Positions 9,687 through 19,882 of a stretch of 64,000 nucleotides of DNA are shown here, piece after piece (position 1 is the stretch's first letter; every line of letters starts with the position of its first letter). The position numbers and the translations under genes are program-made. The notes beneath the pieces are model-generated. The model did no database searches and was not told the origin of the DNA. It saw nothing but the letters and a program-made list of their open reading frames with translations. The DNA lies in assembly GCA_965222605.1 (NCBI GenBank), contig OZ244960.1, positions 4,320,001 to 4,384,000 on the forward strand, in the 5' to 3' direction. Origin of the DNA: Candidatus Latescibacterota bacterium. Lineage in GTDB: Bacteria; Latescibacterota; UBA2968.

Positions 9687-10847
9687 TCAACCCGCTGTCC
9701 CGTTCAGTCCGGCTACCAGATCCGGTGGAATGGACGCCGCGTGAATCTGGGGCTGTCCGCTCAGGTCGGAGGTGAATACCAGCCACCGCATATCCGGAGA
9801 GGCGTAGGCGTGTGGATGCGCTTTTTTGACGAGAATCGAAGTGCGGGCGTCGCACACTATCGCATTCTTTCCCGTCTGGATAGATCCCAGAATGAGCTTG
9901 CCGGACCCCTGCCAGTCATCGGCAAAAAAGTACTGGCCGCACGGAGATGTCCCCAGGTGATTAAACCGGTACCCGCGCGAGACGACCCGGGGCGGCCCCT
10001 CGGCCTTTACCCCCAGCAGATTGCCCTTTTCGGCGGTGTAGTCGCCTTCTGCAAAATACCATTCTTCGGGGCTGTGCAGCCCCCGGGCGTTCGGGGCACG
10101 GACTGTGAGCAAAATCTCGTTAGTTCCTGCAATCCAAGCTTCGTGTCCCACGATGCTGGGCGTATAAGGTTCCCCCACCTGCAGCCGCGTCACCTTTCCG
10201 TTCGGGATATCCAGGAGAAATTCCGTGGCACCCTGCTCCCCAAAGATCACCGCCCGGGTACCGTCGGGCAGCACCTTGCACCCCCGGTTGTGCTGCACCA
10301 TAAGCTGCTTGCCCCAGGTGGGCTCGAACTGAGTGTGAGGATTGCAAATATCCGGATCGGTGTGAATAAGATCCCGCGTACCGGTCTTCAAATCCAGCAG
10401 TTCGATCCCGAACATCTGAGGTTCCAGACTAAGGGTCACGCCGTAGGCGTAGTAGCGCTCGTCGGGAGATACTGTGTCCATCCCCCGGTGCTGAAAATCC
10501 TTGGGAAATTCGAAAATCACTTCCCATTCGCCCGTGGCGAGATCTACCCGCCGCAGTTCCAGGCATTTCCCCTCCTGAACGTGGCGGTAGTAAAAGATCC
10601 CGGTGTGGCTCATCCCCGGTGCCCGCAGTCCCTGTCCTACAACCTCACTCTTCCAGGTCCCGAATTCGCAGGTCACATATTCGGTATGGTTCGGGCCGGG
10701 TTTCGGGTTTTGCCGTTCGTAAACAAAAACCCGGGAATCCGCCGAACAGTAGGGCTGTTCGCAGTAAATATTGGATTTTTCGAGCGGGTCGTCGGTAATC
10801 TGATAGACGACAGCGCCGTTTGCCTCTTCCTCAAGTATCCTGGCCAT
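9687..10847 (-). CDS. Beta-propeller protein, oligogalacturonate lyase (PL22)-like
   Basis: NPHTQFEP, GHEAW, NHL..SP, HPHAYASPD..W.VFTSD His-rich motifs as in the Ogl family. Confidence 0.65.
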   Translation of the reverse strand: MARILEEEANGAVVYQITDDPLEKSNIYCEQPYCSADSRVFVYERQNPKPGPNHTEYVTCEFGTWKSEVVGQGLRAPGMSHTGIFYYRHVQEGKCLELRRVDLATGEWEVIFEFPKDFQHRGMDTVSPDERYYAYGVTLSLEPQMFGIELLDLKTGTRDLIHTDPDICNPHTQFEPTWGKQLMVQHNRGCKVLPDGTRAVIFGEQGATEFLLDIPNGKVTRLQVGEPYTPSIVGHEAWIAGTNEILLTVRAPNARGLHSPEEWYFAEGDYTAEKGNLLGVKAEGPPRVVSRGYRFNHLGTSPCGQYFFADDWQGSGKLILGSIQTGKNAIVCDARTSILVKKAHPHAYASPDMRWLVFTSDLSGQPQIHAASIPPDLVAGLNGTAG

Positions 10848-12474
10848 AGCTGGTCTCCTTTTCTATAGTGTACTTCAGAATCAGATCGATCCAGGAAATC
10901 CAGTAGGCGGGCACGCCTTCGGGATCGGCCGTCTCATGGACCAGCTCGATCGTGTTCTCTCCCAGATGCAACCACCGTGCGTCCAGCCCGACTCGATGCT
11001 CGCCCCGCTTCCACCAGTCCGGCTCGAAGATCCACGGACCTTCCCGGATCAGCGCCCCGGTCGGCTTTCGCTCCCACAAAATCGGCTCTGGCTTATCCTC
11101 TTCTTCAGGCGTGCCGCCGGTCACCCGCACCGGCCCCCGCCCGTTGATGGTAATCGACAGCGCCTCGCGTTCCCGGAGACCGCGGGAGTAAAAAATCAGT
11201 TCGGCGTTTACCCGATAGCCTTCGGCGTGCGCGGCGGCGATATCGTCGCCGATGTGGAGCGGTACCTCCGTCCGGGATTCGAAAGGCGCTTCCTCCGGCA
11301 GCGGAAACCACACCGGGATATGGGGTCCCACGTCCACCATATAATGCTTATCCGCAAACGCGATCTTCTGAAGATCGGCCAGATCGTTCTGCCAGGGCTC
11401 TGAAAGCCATTCGTCGCCGGTCCCCCAGGCAAGCTGGATCCCATCCACGCCAGCCCGGTGATACAGCAGGGCCTCCGCGTAAAACATCTCCCGGGTCTTG
11501 GGCCTGGCGTATCGCCGCCGTCCCTCCGGCGTTGGGTCGTGGCTTACAAGCCCCAGGTCGAACCAGATGCACCCGTACACTTTGCACCCGGTCTTTTTGC
11601 CCATATCCACGAATGCGTCCACCGTAATGGCGAACCGGTTGCCGTAATCCCGGAACGTCACGGCCACGATATCGACCAGCCCTTCCCGCATCCAGGTTTC
11701 CCAGTCCAGCCCCTCTTCCAGACACCCGGTCCACGGCACCCGCGCCATCACCTCCAGGCGCCGGTTTTGCAAAGTCCCGACCTCGTCCAGCATCTGCCGG
11801 CAATCGCGCATAAATTGGGTCATGATCTCGCAGTCGGGTTCCGCAAAATGGGGTAGCCGCCGCATGAAATCCAGCTCAACGCCGTCCATGCCGGCCTCGG
11901 CCGCCTCCCGGAGGATCGTCAGCTTGAAATCCCGTACTTCCCTGTATTTGAAGTCCAGGTGCGGGGTACCCGGCACGAGACAGACCTGGTGGTTCCGGTA
12001 AAAGCTGCCTGCAAACCCGATCGCATACCAGGTCCCCAGCGCGAACTCCTGGTTCAGTTCCAGCCGCCCGAACACCTTCAGCCCGATTTCGTGTCCCCGT
12101 TCCGCAGCCACCCGGAGGGGGTCCGCCCCCGCCTCGATCAGACCGCGCACATTCTCATAAACCCACCGGTCCTTCGGCCGCATCTCCTGCCATTCCGCCT
12201 CAGTGACCCCTTCGCCGAAGATCTCCCCGACCTTCGTGTCATAGCAGAGCGTACTGCCGGGTCCCACTCCCCAGATGAGAATCTTGACGTTGGATCCCTC
12301 GAAAGGATTGATAAATTGCGCCTCCAGCATGGCGCATGTCATCGGCGGCTCGGTGTGAAAATACATCGTAAAACCGTCGTTGCGATACCCCAGCGGCAAA
12401 ACGCCCATATCGGAACGCCCGCCTGGAGCTTGCCGGTGCGCGTCTGAAAGTGAAAAACCGGGTTTCTGGTTCAT
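10831..12474 (-). CDS. Putative glycoside hydrolase (GHL10/DUF187-like TIM barrel) with a C-terminal beta-sandwich
   Basis: LDFKYREVR, DGVELDFMR, GLDWETWMREGLVD, GVDGI motifs. Confidence 0.6.
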   Translation of the reverse strand: MNQKPGFSLSDAHRQAPGGRSDMGVLPLGYRNDGFTMYFHTEPPMTCAMLEAQFINPFEGSNVKILIWGVGPGSTLCYDTKVGEIFGEGVTEAEWQEMRPKDRWVYENVRGLIEAGADPLRVAAERGHEIGLKVFGRLELNQEFALGTWYAIGFAGSFYRNHQVCLVPGTPHLDFKYREVRDFKLTILREAAEAGMDGVELDFMRRLPHFAEPDCEIMTQFMRDCRQMLDEVGTLQNRRLEVMARVPWTGCLEEGLDWETWMREGLVDIVAVTFRDYGNRFAITVDAFVDMGKKTGCKVYGCIWFDLGLVSHDPTPEGRRRYARPKTREMFYAEALLYHRAGVDGIQLAWGTGDEWLSEPWQNDLADLQKIAFADKHYMVDVGPHIPVWFPLPEEAPFESRTEVPLHIGDDIAAAHAEGYRVNAELIFYSRGLREREALSITINGRGPVRVTGGTPEEEDKPEPILWERKPTGALIREGPWIFEPDWWKRGEHRVGLDARWLHLGENTIELVHETADPEGVPAYWISWIDLILKYTIEKETSYGQDT

Positions 12475-12495
12475 AAAAGCCGAAGGACATACTCC

Positions 12496-12606
12496 TCAAT
12501 TTTTAGAAGTGCGACCATCAAAATAGGATGTTAGGGGATAAACCTGAGCGTTAATTTCTTTCGCTTTATCCACAAGATCCACAAAAGGCTCATATCGAAT
12601 GCTTAA
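12496..12606 (-). pseudogene. Detached 3' end of the GH50-like gene, left of IS1380
   Basis: Removing the IS and one TTAA restores ...SNKGFL-SIRYEPFVDLVDKAKEINAQVYPLTSYFDGRTSKN* in frame; stop at 12496-12498. Confidence 0.85.
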
Positions 12607-14313
12607 CCCGAAAAATTCATAAAAAAGGTAGTTTCCCTATTCAAGTTATTGTATTATATTAGGTTATACGCATAACCATTGAACAATGAACTTGGGAGAA
12701 ACTACCGTGAGCACACAAGATAATCATTGCAAGGTTCCTTTGGCAAGCATTTTCGGCAAACGTCTCAACCTCGCCTTTGATGGGGGTATTCTCACCAGCG
12801 ATAGCGGAGCCTTATTGCTTCGAGAAGTGGAGGCCAAAACGGGTATTTTATCACGTTTGAGTCGCGCGATTAAAGACCATCGGCATCAAAGTTATGTGGC
12901 GCATAGCACGGCAGAGTTGATCAAACAGCGCGTGTTTCAAATTGCCTGTGGGTATGAAGATGCCAATGATTGCAATGCCTTACGCAGCGATCCCGGCTTC
13001 AAGGTTGCCTGTGATCGCTTGCCCATAAGTGGTGAGAACTTGGCCAGTCAACCCACGATGAGTCGGTTTGAGAATCAGATGAGCAGAAGCGATTTGTATC
13101 GCGTTGCTCGTGCCTTTGTCGATTGTTTTATTGCTTCGTATAAAAAGCCGCCTTCGTCGATCATCTTAGATATTGATGATACGCAGGATAGGGTTTATGG
13201 GACGCAGCAGTTGTCCTTATTCAATGGGTATTTGGGTGCCTACTCCTACCAGCCTTTGCATATTTATGAAGGGCAATCGGGCAAGCTAATCACGACGATT
13301 TTACGTCCGGGTGTGCGTCCTGATGGCAAACAGATTGTCACCATTCTCAAGCGGTTAGTCGCTTATATTCGTCAGGCTTGGCCAAAGGTGGCACTCTTTT
13401 TGCGAGGCGATGCCCACTTCTCAAGTCCAGAAGTCCAGGACTTTTGTGCGACAAAGGACCTCTTTTTTATCCTCGGACAAAGTGCCAATACCCGACTCTT
13501 AGCCCTTTCAAAGCCCCTGATGGATCAGACCAAAAGCCTTTATGCACAAACCGGCAAGCCCGTGCGACTTTTTACCTCATTTTATTACCAAGCCCAGACT
13601 TGGGCCTGTGCCAGACGCATCTTATGCAAAGCTGAAATCACCACCCGAGGCCAAAACACACGCTTTGTCGTGACCAACCTTGAAAGTTCAAGGGCCTCCT
13701 TTATCTACCAAAATATCTATTGTGCGCGCGGACAGATGGAAAACTTCATTAAAAATCACAAAACCTTTCTCCACTCAGACCGCACGTCCTGTCACGCTTT
13801 TGGAGCCAATCAGTTCCGCCTCTTCCTCCATTCGGCTGCCTATGTCTTGTTGCACACCTTAGCGCACATCGGATTACAAGGCACAACGTGGATAAACGCA
13901 CAGGTCAATACCCTCCAAAATCGTTTCCTTAAAGTCGCCGGACGCGTCTGTGAGTTGAAAACAAAGATCACCTTCCATCTGCCTATGTCATTTCCATTGC
14001 CACACCTTTTTGATAAAATCCTGTGCAATCTGGCAAAGGCGGTGCCATAACCCATCAACGGGGAAGGAATAGGGGTCTGTCCCATCACTTGCTGACTTTA
14101 CAAATACACGGACTTATCCACAGACAGGACTGGCAAGGGACCGGTCTGTACTTTTGACACTGGCAGAGCCTGTCAGGGGACGATTTGGGCTGCTTGAACT
14201 CTATGAAGACGCCTATGACGGCAGACAAGATAGAAAGCACCCTCATTTTGATGCTTGGAACCGATGCCGCCTGACAAACAACCCCAACCATTACAGTTCA
14301 TGAATTAGTCGGG
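12607..14313 (+). mobile_element. Complete IS1380-family insertion sequence (1707 bp)
   Basis: IRL CCCGAAAAATTCATAA (12607-12622); IRR reverse complement CCCGACTAATTCATGA (14298-14313); 4-bp target duplication TTAA (12603-12606 and 14314-14317). Confidence 0.93.
12707..14050 (+). CDS. IS1380-family DDE transposase
   Basis: FDGGILTSDSG, GYEDAND, ASQPTMSRFEN, LDIDDT, RGDAHF, YCARGQMENFIK, ANQFRL. Probable GTG start at 12707 after GGAG (ORF track start 12686). Confidence 0.93.
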   Translation: MSTQDNHCKVPLASIFGKRLNLAFDGGILTSDSGALLLREVEAKTGILSRLSRAIKDHRHQSYVAHSTAELIKQRVFQIACGYEDANDCNALRSDPGFKVACDRLPISGENLASQPTMSRFENQMSRSDLYRVARAFVDCFIASYKKPPSSIILDIDDTQDRVYGTQQLSLFNGYLGAYSYQPLHIYEGQSGKLITTILRPGVRPDGKQIVTILKRLVAYIRQAWPKVALFLRGDAHFSSPEVQDFCATKDLFFILGQSANTRLLALSKPLMDQTKSLYAQTGKPVRLFTSFYYQAQTWACARRILCKAEITTRGQNTRFVVTNLESSRASFIYQNIYCARGQMENFIKNHKTFLHSDRTSCHAFGANQFRLFLHSAAYVLLHTLAHIGLQGTTWINAQVNTLQNRFLKVAGRVCELKTKITFHLPMSFPLPHLFDKILCNLAKAVP

Positions 14314-15667
14314 TTAAAAAACCCTTATTGGATCCGTTGGGCAAATCTTTTGTATCGCGATAAGTATGCCAGAACCAGCCGATACAGAATTTGGATTCCA
14401 GCAGCCCCAGGGTGAAGTTCTGATAAAATCGTCCGCGATCAGCCTGAGACTTGACCACGCCACCTGCCCCATCTCTATTTTTATATCCAGAATCCTCTCC
14501 CTTTACATACCACTCACTAATGACAAATGGTTTATTCCCAGACCAGATATTCCAATTTTTTAATTCCGATGTTCTGGGTGTCCAACGATGATAATAATTC
14601 ACCGAAATGACATCGGCATATTCGCCTAAAGCTTCAAATACCGGCTTGAGACGAATGGCCTGCCCATGCAAACGCGATCCCAAAAAGAGGTGATTGGGGT
14701 CGCGGTCCCTGAGCACTTTAGATACAATGCCAAAATATAACCTGGCAATATACCCCAGAAATTTTTCCTGCTCATCAGAGGTCACACTTGATTTGAGCGT
14801 ATCGATGTTAACATTTTGCGACTGAAGGTTTCTCTCTTTTTGTACCCATTCAAATGCCTTTTTAAAGTTGATATCCGATTGCTCCAGGCTGAGATACCGG
14901 GTCAAGACATCCTCTCTCCAGGGAAGTTCATTATCTACAAAATATCCCAACAGTGTCGGGTCCTGAATCATCTCATCTGTTATCTTTTCTTTTACTCGAG
15001 CCCTGCAAAATGCTTCAAACGCAGGATCAAAAATCGGGATACAATGATTTGGGAACTGCATGTTGTTTGCATTTGATTTTGCTCCATATCGCCTGCCAAA
15101 AGGATACATCATATAAATGACCGTTGCCCATGCCTGGGGTCTGTTGTGTTGTGTTTTTAAAAGCAAGGGATCACTCCAGGTGCCAACCACATTGAATCTG
15201 TTTGTTCTCAAAAAATCAACCGTCTCATGAGCCCAGGCCTCAGGTTTTCCCCATCGGCGTTCAAAAACAGGTGGTGCTGTCACACTCTTGTCTTTTGCTG
15301 AGCCCCACCGGATGGAATTGAGTGCTGTACAAAAAAACAGATATCCATCTGGGTCCACAAACCACCAGCGATCATCTATTTTCTGAGTACGAAAAAATCC
15401 TGTGCCCTCAATCTTTCGATCTGCCCACCCGCCATAAGGACTGAGTTGCACCTCAGCCTGGGGTGTATAGTCGGGTAGAACACTCAAAAGACGTGTTGCA
15501 TGCGGTCGATAAGATCCAAATATGCGCTTCCCTCTATAAAGCCGCATCCGCATGTCCACGATCACATGCTGATTGGGGTCGTCTTCCCACGATTGAGCAT
15601 ATAGATCTGTCACACTGCCTGATATCAATATTCCAATCAGAACCATACAGGTAACAATTTCACTCAT
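14314..15667 (-). pseudogene. GH50/beta-agarase-like secreted glycoside hydrolase, interrupted by IS1380
   Basis: Signal peptide; GFFRTQKIDDRWWFVDPDGY, LLGYFVDNELP, DPNHLFLGSRL, ISVNYY, KPFVISEW, CIGWFW. The last residues of the predicted ORF (TRLIHEL) are read from the IS end. Confidence 0.8.
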
Positions 15668-16005
15668 GCAGTTGTCTCCAATGTATTAAAAATGTTAAAT
15701 TTAATTTATACTCACAATCAGCAGATATCAATATTTTTTCTCTGATTTCTCCATCAGATAAAAAAAAACTGGATGTACTAACCAAAATATTGTATTATAT
15801 GTCAAAGTAGAGAATATTATATGTTTAATAGCGATGTGGGCGAAAGCGGCACGGAAAAAGACCTGATCGCCCGCTACATTCATCAGCACATCGATCGGGA
15901 CAATCTGTACCGGTTTCTGGTCCGAGCAGCAGGCGGATAAAACAGACCGGGAGAAATAGAAGTCGAATAACCGCGGGAAATTCAGGTCTGTCACCGAAAG
16001 GATGG

Positions 16006-16725
16006 ATGCTTATGCGATTCAAGAACATTCTACTTACCGCAGTGCTCCTGCTTGTACCCCCGCTGTCTCCGACGATACCAGCTTTGGCTCAGGATAGCCA
16101 ATGGGGTCTGGGAACAAATCTCAGCTATTCTCTGCCGGTGCTGGACCTCAGAAGCTGGTTCACTCAGGGGCCCGAACTGGGCGTTATGTTGCTCTATAAC
16201 TACACCTCCAGAACCGAGTTGGAAGTGGAATATCACCACGTTCGTTTCAACGGTGGGAGTCTGGAGGAACGGACCTTCATGTGGGCGCCGACGGGGACCA
16301 CGGATCGAAGTCCATACGGCAGCCCGAGCGCGCAGTCCCGGATGCGAATGAACAGCTATCTGGTCAATGGGATTTTTTACCTGGACCAGAGGCAATCCGG
16401 CAGCGGATGGGCACCGTATTTTAGCTTCGGGAGCGGTTTTTACCACTACCGGACGCGTGAGACGGGGCTCATCTTCCCCGGCCAGACAGGGGATGCGCTG
16501 GACTCGACACTCGTGTTGGAGCCGGATGGGGACTCAAGAGCGGCCCTGGGGATCAGTCTCGGGCTTGGAGTTGGACTTTTCGTGTCCGAGCGAGCGACCA
16601 TCGATTTCCGCGGCCGGTATAACGTGATGCTGGGTCAACTGCGGCCGATGAAGGCGTGGGGGTTAGAGGAGGTATTTCCATTTCAGGTATTGGACTTCGG
16701 CATTCGGATCAAAATGTATCTTTAA
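16006..16725 (+). CDS. Small outer-membrane beta-barrel protein (OmpA-like transmembrane domain)
   Basis: Signal peptide ending PALA|Q; alternating beta-strand patterns (PYFSFGSGFY, IDFRGRYN, DFGIRIKMYL). Confidence 0.75.
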   Translation: MLMRFKNILLTAVLLLVPPLSPTIPALAQDSQWGLGTNLSYSLPVLDLRSWFTQGPELGVMLLYNYTSRTELEVEYHHVRFNGGSLEERTFMWAPTGTTDRSPYGSPSAQSRMRMNSYLVNGIFYLDQRQSGSGWAPYFSFGSGFYHYRTRETGLIFPGQTGDALDSTLVLEPDGDSRAALGISLGLGVGLFVSERATIDFRGRYNVMLGQLRPMKAWGLEEVFPFQVLDFGIRIKMYL

Positions 16726-16789
16726 GGGCTCGCCGTAAATCTGCCCCAGGTTGACCCGAACGGGCCAAAAGGAAAGGAGAAACCGGTAT

Positions 16790-19700
16790 ATGGGAAATCT
16801 GAAACTGCTTGTGGTCTGCGTGCTGGCGCTGGGCCTGCTGTGGGGCTACGCCGGGCATGCGGAAGCTGCGACGACCGGTAAAATCACGGGGAAGGTAACC
16901 GACGGGCAGGGCAACCCCCTGCCGGGGGCGAACGTAATTGTGGCCGGAATGCGACTGGGCGCGAGTGCGGACGTGGAAGGGCGCTACCTGATCCTGGCGG
17001 TGTCGCCGGGGAAGCACAGGTTGACTGCGTCGATTGTCGGATACGGGTCGGTGTCGCAGACGGACGTGAACGTGCAAGTCGATTATACGATGACGGTGGA
17101 TTTCATCCTCCAGGAGGAGACGATCCAGACTGGGGAGATCGTGGTGGTGGCGGAACGACCGCTGGTGGAGCGGGACAAGACGACGAGTAAGTACGTAGTG
17201 AGCTCCGAGGAGATCGAGCAGCTTTCTATCGTGCGGGAAGTAGATGAGTTCGTAAGCCTGCAGGCGGGGTCGGTGCCAGACGGGAGCCTCCAGATCCGGG
17301 GCAGTCGGGCCGAAGACGCGACCTTCTACGTGGACGGGGTGCCTATCGTGACCTACGACGGCCAGTCCAGGTTCAACCGGTTCCATGGGGTGAACACCAG
17401 CGCCGTGCAAGAGCTTACCGTGCTGACTGGGGGGTGGGAGGCGGAATACGGCAACGCCCAGGGCGGGATAATCAACATTGTGACGCGGGAGGGTGGTTTA
17501 CGGTATTCCGGACGGTTCGAGTACGTGTTCGAACCGGTGGGGAAGAAGCACTGGGGGAAGGATGTGTACGAGGCGCCGCAGTTCGAGGGCAACCTCCGGT
17601 GGGACGATTCGGACTGGGTGAACGAGACCTACGCAGACAACGACCACCCCGGGCCTGACTTCATCTTCGGCACCGCAGACGACAATGACCGCATCCACAC
17701 GCGGACGGACTACACCGGTGTGACCGGGCACTTCTTCGAGGGATTCTTCTCCGGGCCGCTGACCCGAAGCGCGACTTTTTTCGCCAGCTCGCGCACGGAC
17801 CGGTCGGCCAACGCGTCTCCGGGCGCTGCGAAGCGCATCCCGGCCAACACGCAAAACACAGGGAAGCTGAGCTTGGACCTGACGTTCAATATGAAGCTGA
17901 ATATCGGCGGATTCTACCACCGGACCTGGGGGGACAGCGACGGAAGGGTGCAGATCACCCGCCGTCAGTCCATAGGAGGGTCTAGCGCCGGGATCTCGCG
18001 AGGGATGCAGGACGCCGGGCGGAACCTCTTTCTGCCGTCGGGATCCACGGTGGGGAAATTCACCGACACGGACAACCTGCTCTACGCATTTGCGACGCAC
18101 ACGCTGAGCCCCCGGACGTTCTACGAGGTTCGGCTGTCCTGGTCCTCCGCCAGTCAGGACACGAGCGGACTGCCGGCGATCTCGGAGAACCCGATCAGGG
18201 ACAAGCAAGGGTTCTTCAACCTGCCTCGAAAGGTTCGGGCATTCGAGGTTTCGAGGCGCCACCGGGTCAACTTCAAGGCAGACCTGTCCAGCCAGGTCAC
18301 TTCGGGGCACCTGCTCAAGACAGGGATCGATCTCACCCTGTTCAACTCCTGGGGGTGGGGGTTCGTGCAGGAGAACCCCAGCATCCGGCGGATTAGCTAC
18401 TACGGGGACAACAGCCAGATCGAAGAGGCGATCAGCCCTATCCAACTCACTTTCTACGCGCAGGACAAGATGGAGTTCGAGGGGATGGTCGTGAACGCCG
18501 GGCTGCGGCTGGACGCCTTCTATCCCCGGTTTGATCGGTTCACGGTGCCGGCCTTCCCGTCGACTCCGATGTACAACTCCTACACCCTCCTGCAGAAAGC
18601 GCCCACGACCGCGATGGAGAACCACATAGCAGTCAGCCCCCGGGTGGGGGTGTCTCACCCGATCACGGCCAGTTCCATTATCCGGTTTTTCTACGGCAAG
18701 TTCTACCGGTGGCCGGAATTCCGGACGCAGTTTGGGCGGCAGTTCTTCGCGAACGCGCCGGACCAGGATCTGGACAATAACGGCCAAATCGACGAAGACG
18801 AGAGGTTCAACGGGCTGACCGAGACGGACCTGGGGACGTGGTTCGGGCACTACGGCCTGCCCGAGCAGACGAGCAGTTTTGAGGTGGGCATGGACTGGAA
18901 TGCGGTCTCCGACTACGTGCTGTCGATGACGGCGTTCTACAAGAGCACGGACGACCAGCACAGCTCCAGATCCGGCATGAACTGGAACGACCCCCGCACG
19001 GGCAGTCCGAACCGCACGGGCGTACCGGTGAACCGGTGGTGGGAGGATATGCGGGGGCTGGAGTTCAGCCTGCGAAAGCGGGTCAGTCCCCGGTTCTATT
19101 TCCGAGCGGCGTACAACGTACAGTGGGCGTCCGCGGGTCAGACGAGCCCGAAGGCCTACGGTTGGTACCCGGACTCCACCTGGGTGGCCGCGGGGAACTA
19201 CTGGTACAAGTACGAAGTTGTGAACGGAGAAGAGGTGCCGGTGCCGCTGACGGAGGCGGAGATCCGGGATATCGGACACAATGCGCAGGAGCGCATCCGG
19301 GGATTCCTCGAAGCGGAGGACGAACGCATCCTGATTCCGGTGAAGGACGAGCCGGGGTTCTGGGGGCTCTACAACCCCAACGGGGGGAGCCTCTCCGACG
19401 AAACCGGGCCGTTCTTCGGCTCGGACATCCGGGCCTTCGGGAGTCTGCAGGCCTTCTACCAGACCCCCAGCGACTGGGGCCCGAAGGTGGGGCGAGCCGG
19501 GCTTCTGGGGAACATCCAGTTCAACTTAATCTACCACATCCGAGGGGGCAACCCCTTCGTGTACAGCCCGCCGGAAGGCGGGTCGGAGATCCGGCACCGG
19601 CCGATCCGCACCTGGACGGATTTCAACGCACAGAAGACGTTCCGGGAGCTGGGCGGCAGGGGCCTGAACCTGACCCTGTTCGTGGAGACGTTCAATATCT

Positions 19701-19864
19701 TCGGACAGAAGGACCGGAACGCGGGCAACTTCGACTATGTGCAGTACGGGCTGCGCAAGCCTCGGCCGAACGACCCGAACTACAAGTTGTACGGAGACCC
19801 GAGAGATCGGAGCTTCTGGGGCCGGCCTCGAGATGTCCATCTGGGACTGCGGGTGAGGTTCTAA
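16790..19864 (+). CDS. TonB-dependent receptor with N-terminal carboxypeptidase-regulatory-like domain (TBDR-1)
   Basis: Signal peptide AEA|A; GKITGKV..PLPGANV; plug motifs IRG and LTGGWEAEYGNAQGGIINIVTR; YAQDKMEF, SPRVGVSHPI; C-terminal Phe (GLRVRF). Start ATG 16790 after AAGGAG. Confidence 0.93.
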   Translation: MGNLKLLVVCVLALGLLWGYAGHAEAATTGKITGKVTDGQGNPLPGANVIVAGMRLGASADVEGRYLILAVSPGKHRLTASIVGYGSVSQTDVNVQVDYTMTVDFILQEETIQTGEIVVVAERPLVERDKTTSKYVVSSEEIEQLSIVREVDEFVSLQAGSVPDGSLQIRGSRAEDATFYVDGVPIVTYDGQSRFNRFHGVNTSAVQELTVLTGGWEAEYGNAQGGIINIVTREGGLRYSGRFEYVFEPVGKKHWGKDVYEAPQFEGNLRWDDSDWVNETYADNDHPGPDFIFGTADDNDRIHTRTDYTGVTGHFFEGFFSGPLTRSATFFASSRTDRSANASPGAAKRIPANTQNTGKLSLDLTFNMKLNIGGFYHRTWGDSDGRVQITRRQSIGGSSAGISRGMQDAGRNLFLPSGSTVGKFTDTDNLLYAFATHTLSPRTFYEVRLSWSSASQDTSGLPAISENPIRDKQGFFNLPRKVRAFEVSRRHRVNFKADLSSQVTSGHLLKTGIDLTLFNSWGWGFVQENPSIRRISYYGDNSQIEEAISPIQLTFYAQDKMEFEGMVVNAGLRLDAFYPRFDRFTVPAFPSTPMYNSYTLLQKAPTTAMENHIAVSPRVGVSHPITASSIIRFFYGKFYRWPEFRTQFGRQFFANAPDQDLDNNGQIDEDERFNGLTETDLGTWFGHYGLPEQTSSFEVGMDWNAVSDYVLSMTAFYKSTDDQHSSRSGMNWNDPRTGSPNRTGVPVNRWWEDMRGLEFSLRKRVSPRFYFRAAYNVQWASAGQTSPKAYGWYPDSTWVAAGNYWYKYEVVNGEEVPVPLTEAEIRDIGHNAQERIRGFLEAEDERILIPVKDEPGFWGLYNPNGGSLSDETGPFFGSDIRAFGSLQAFYQTPSDWGPKVGRAGLLGNIQFNLIYHIRGGNPFVYSPPEGGSEIRHRPIRTWTDFNAQKTFRELGGRGLNLTLFVETFNIFGQKDRNAGNFDYVQYGLRKPRPNDPNYKLYGDPRDRSFWGRPRDVHLGLRVRF

Positions 19865-19882
19865 TAAAAGGAGGACGATACG

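Noticed and set aside
14085-14291. 68-aa ORF
   Set aside because: Lies in the non-coding right end of IS1380; no SD or motif.
17498-19279. 593-aa antisense ORF (also 20756-22336, 9600-10868, 37897-38787, 54567-55604)
   Set aside because: Shadow ORFs opposite well-supported genes, expected from GC-rich codon bias; no recognisable motifs.
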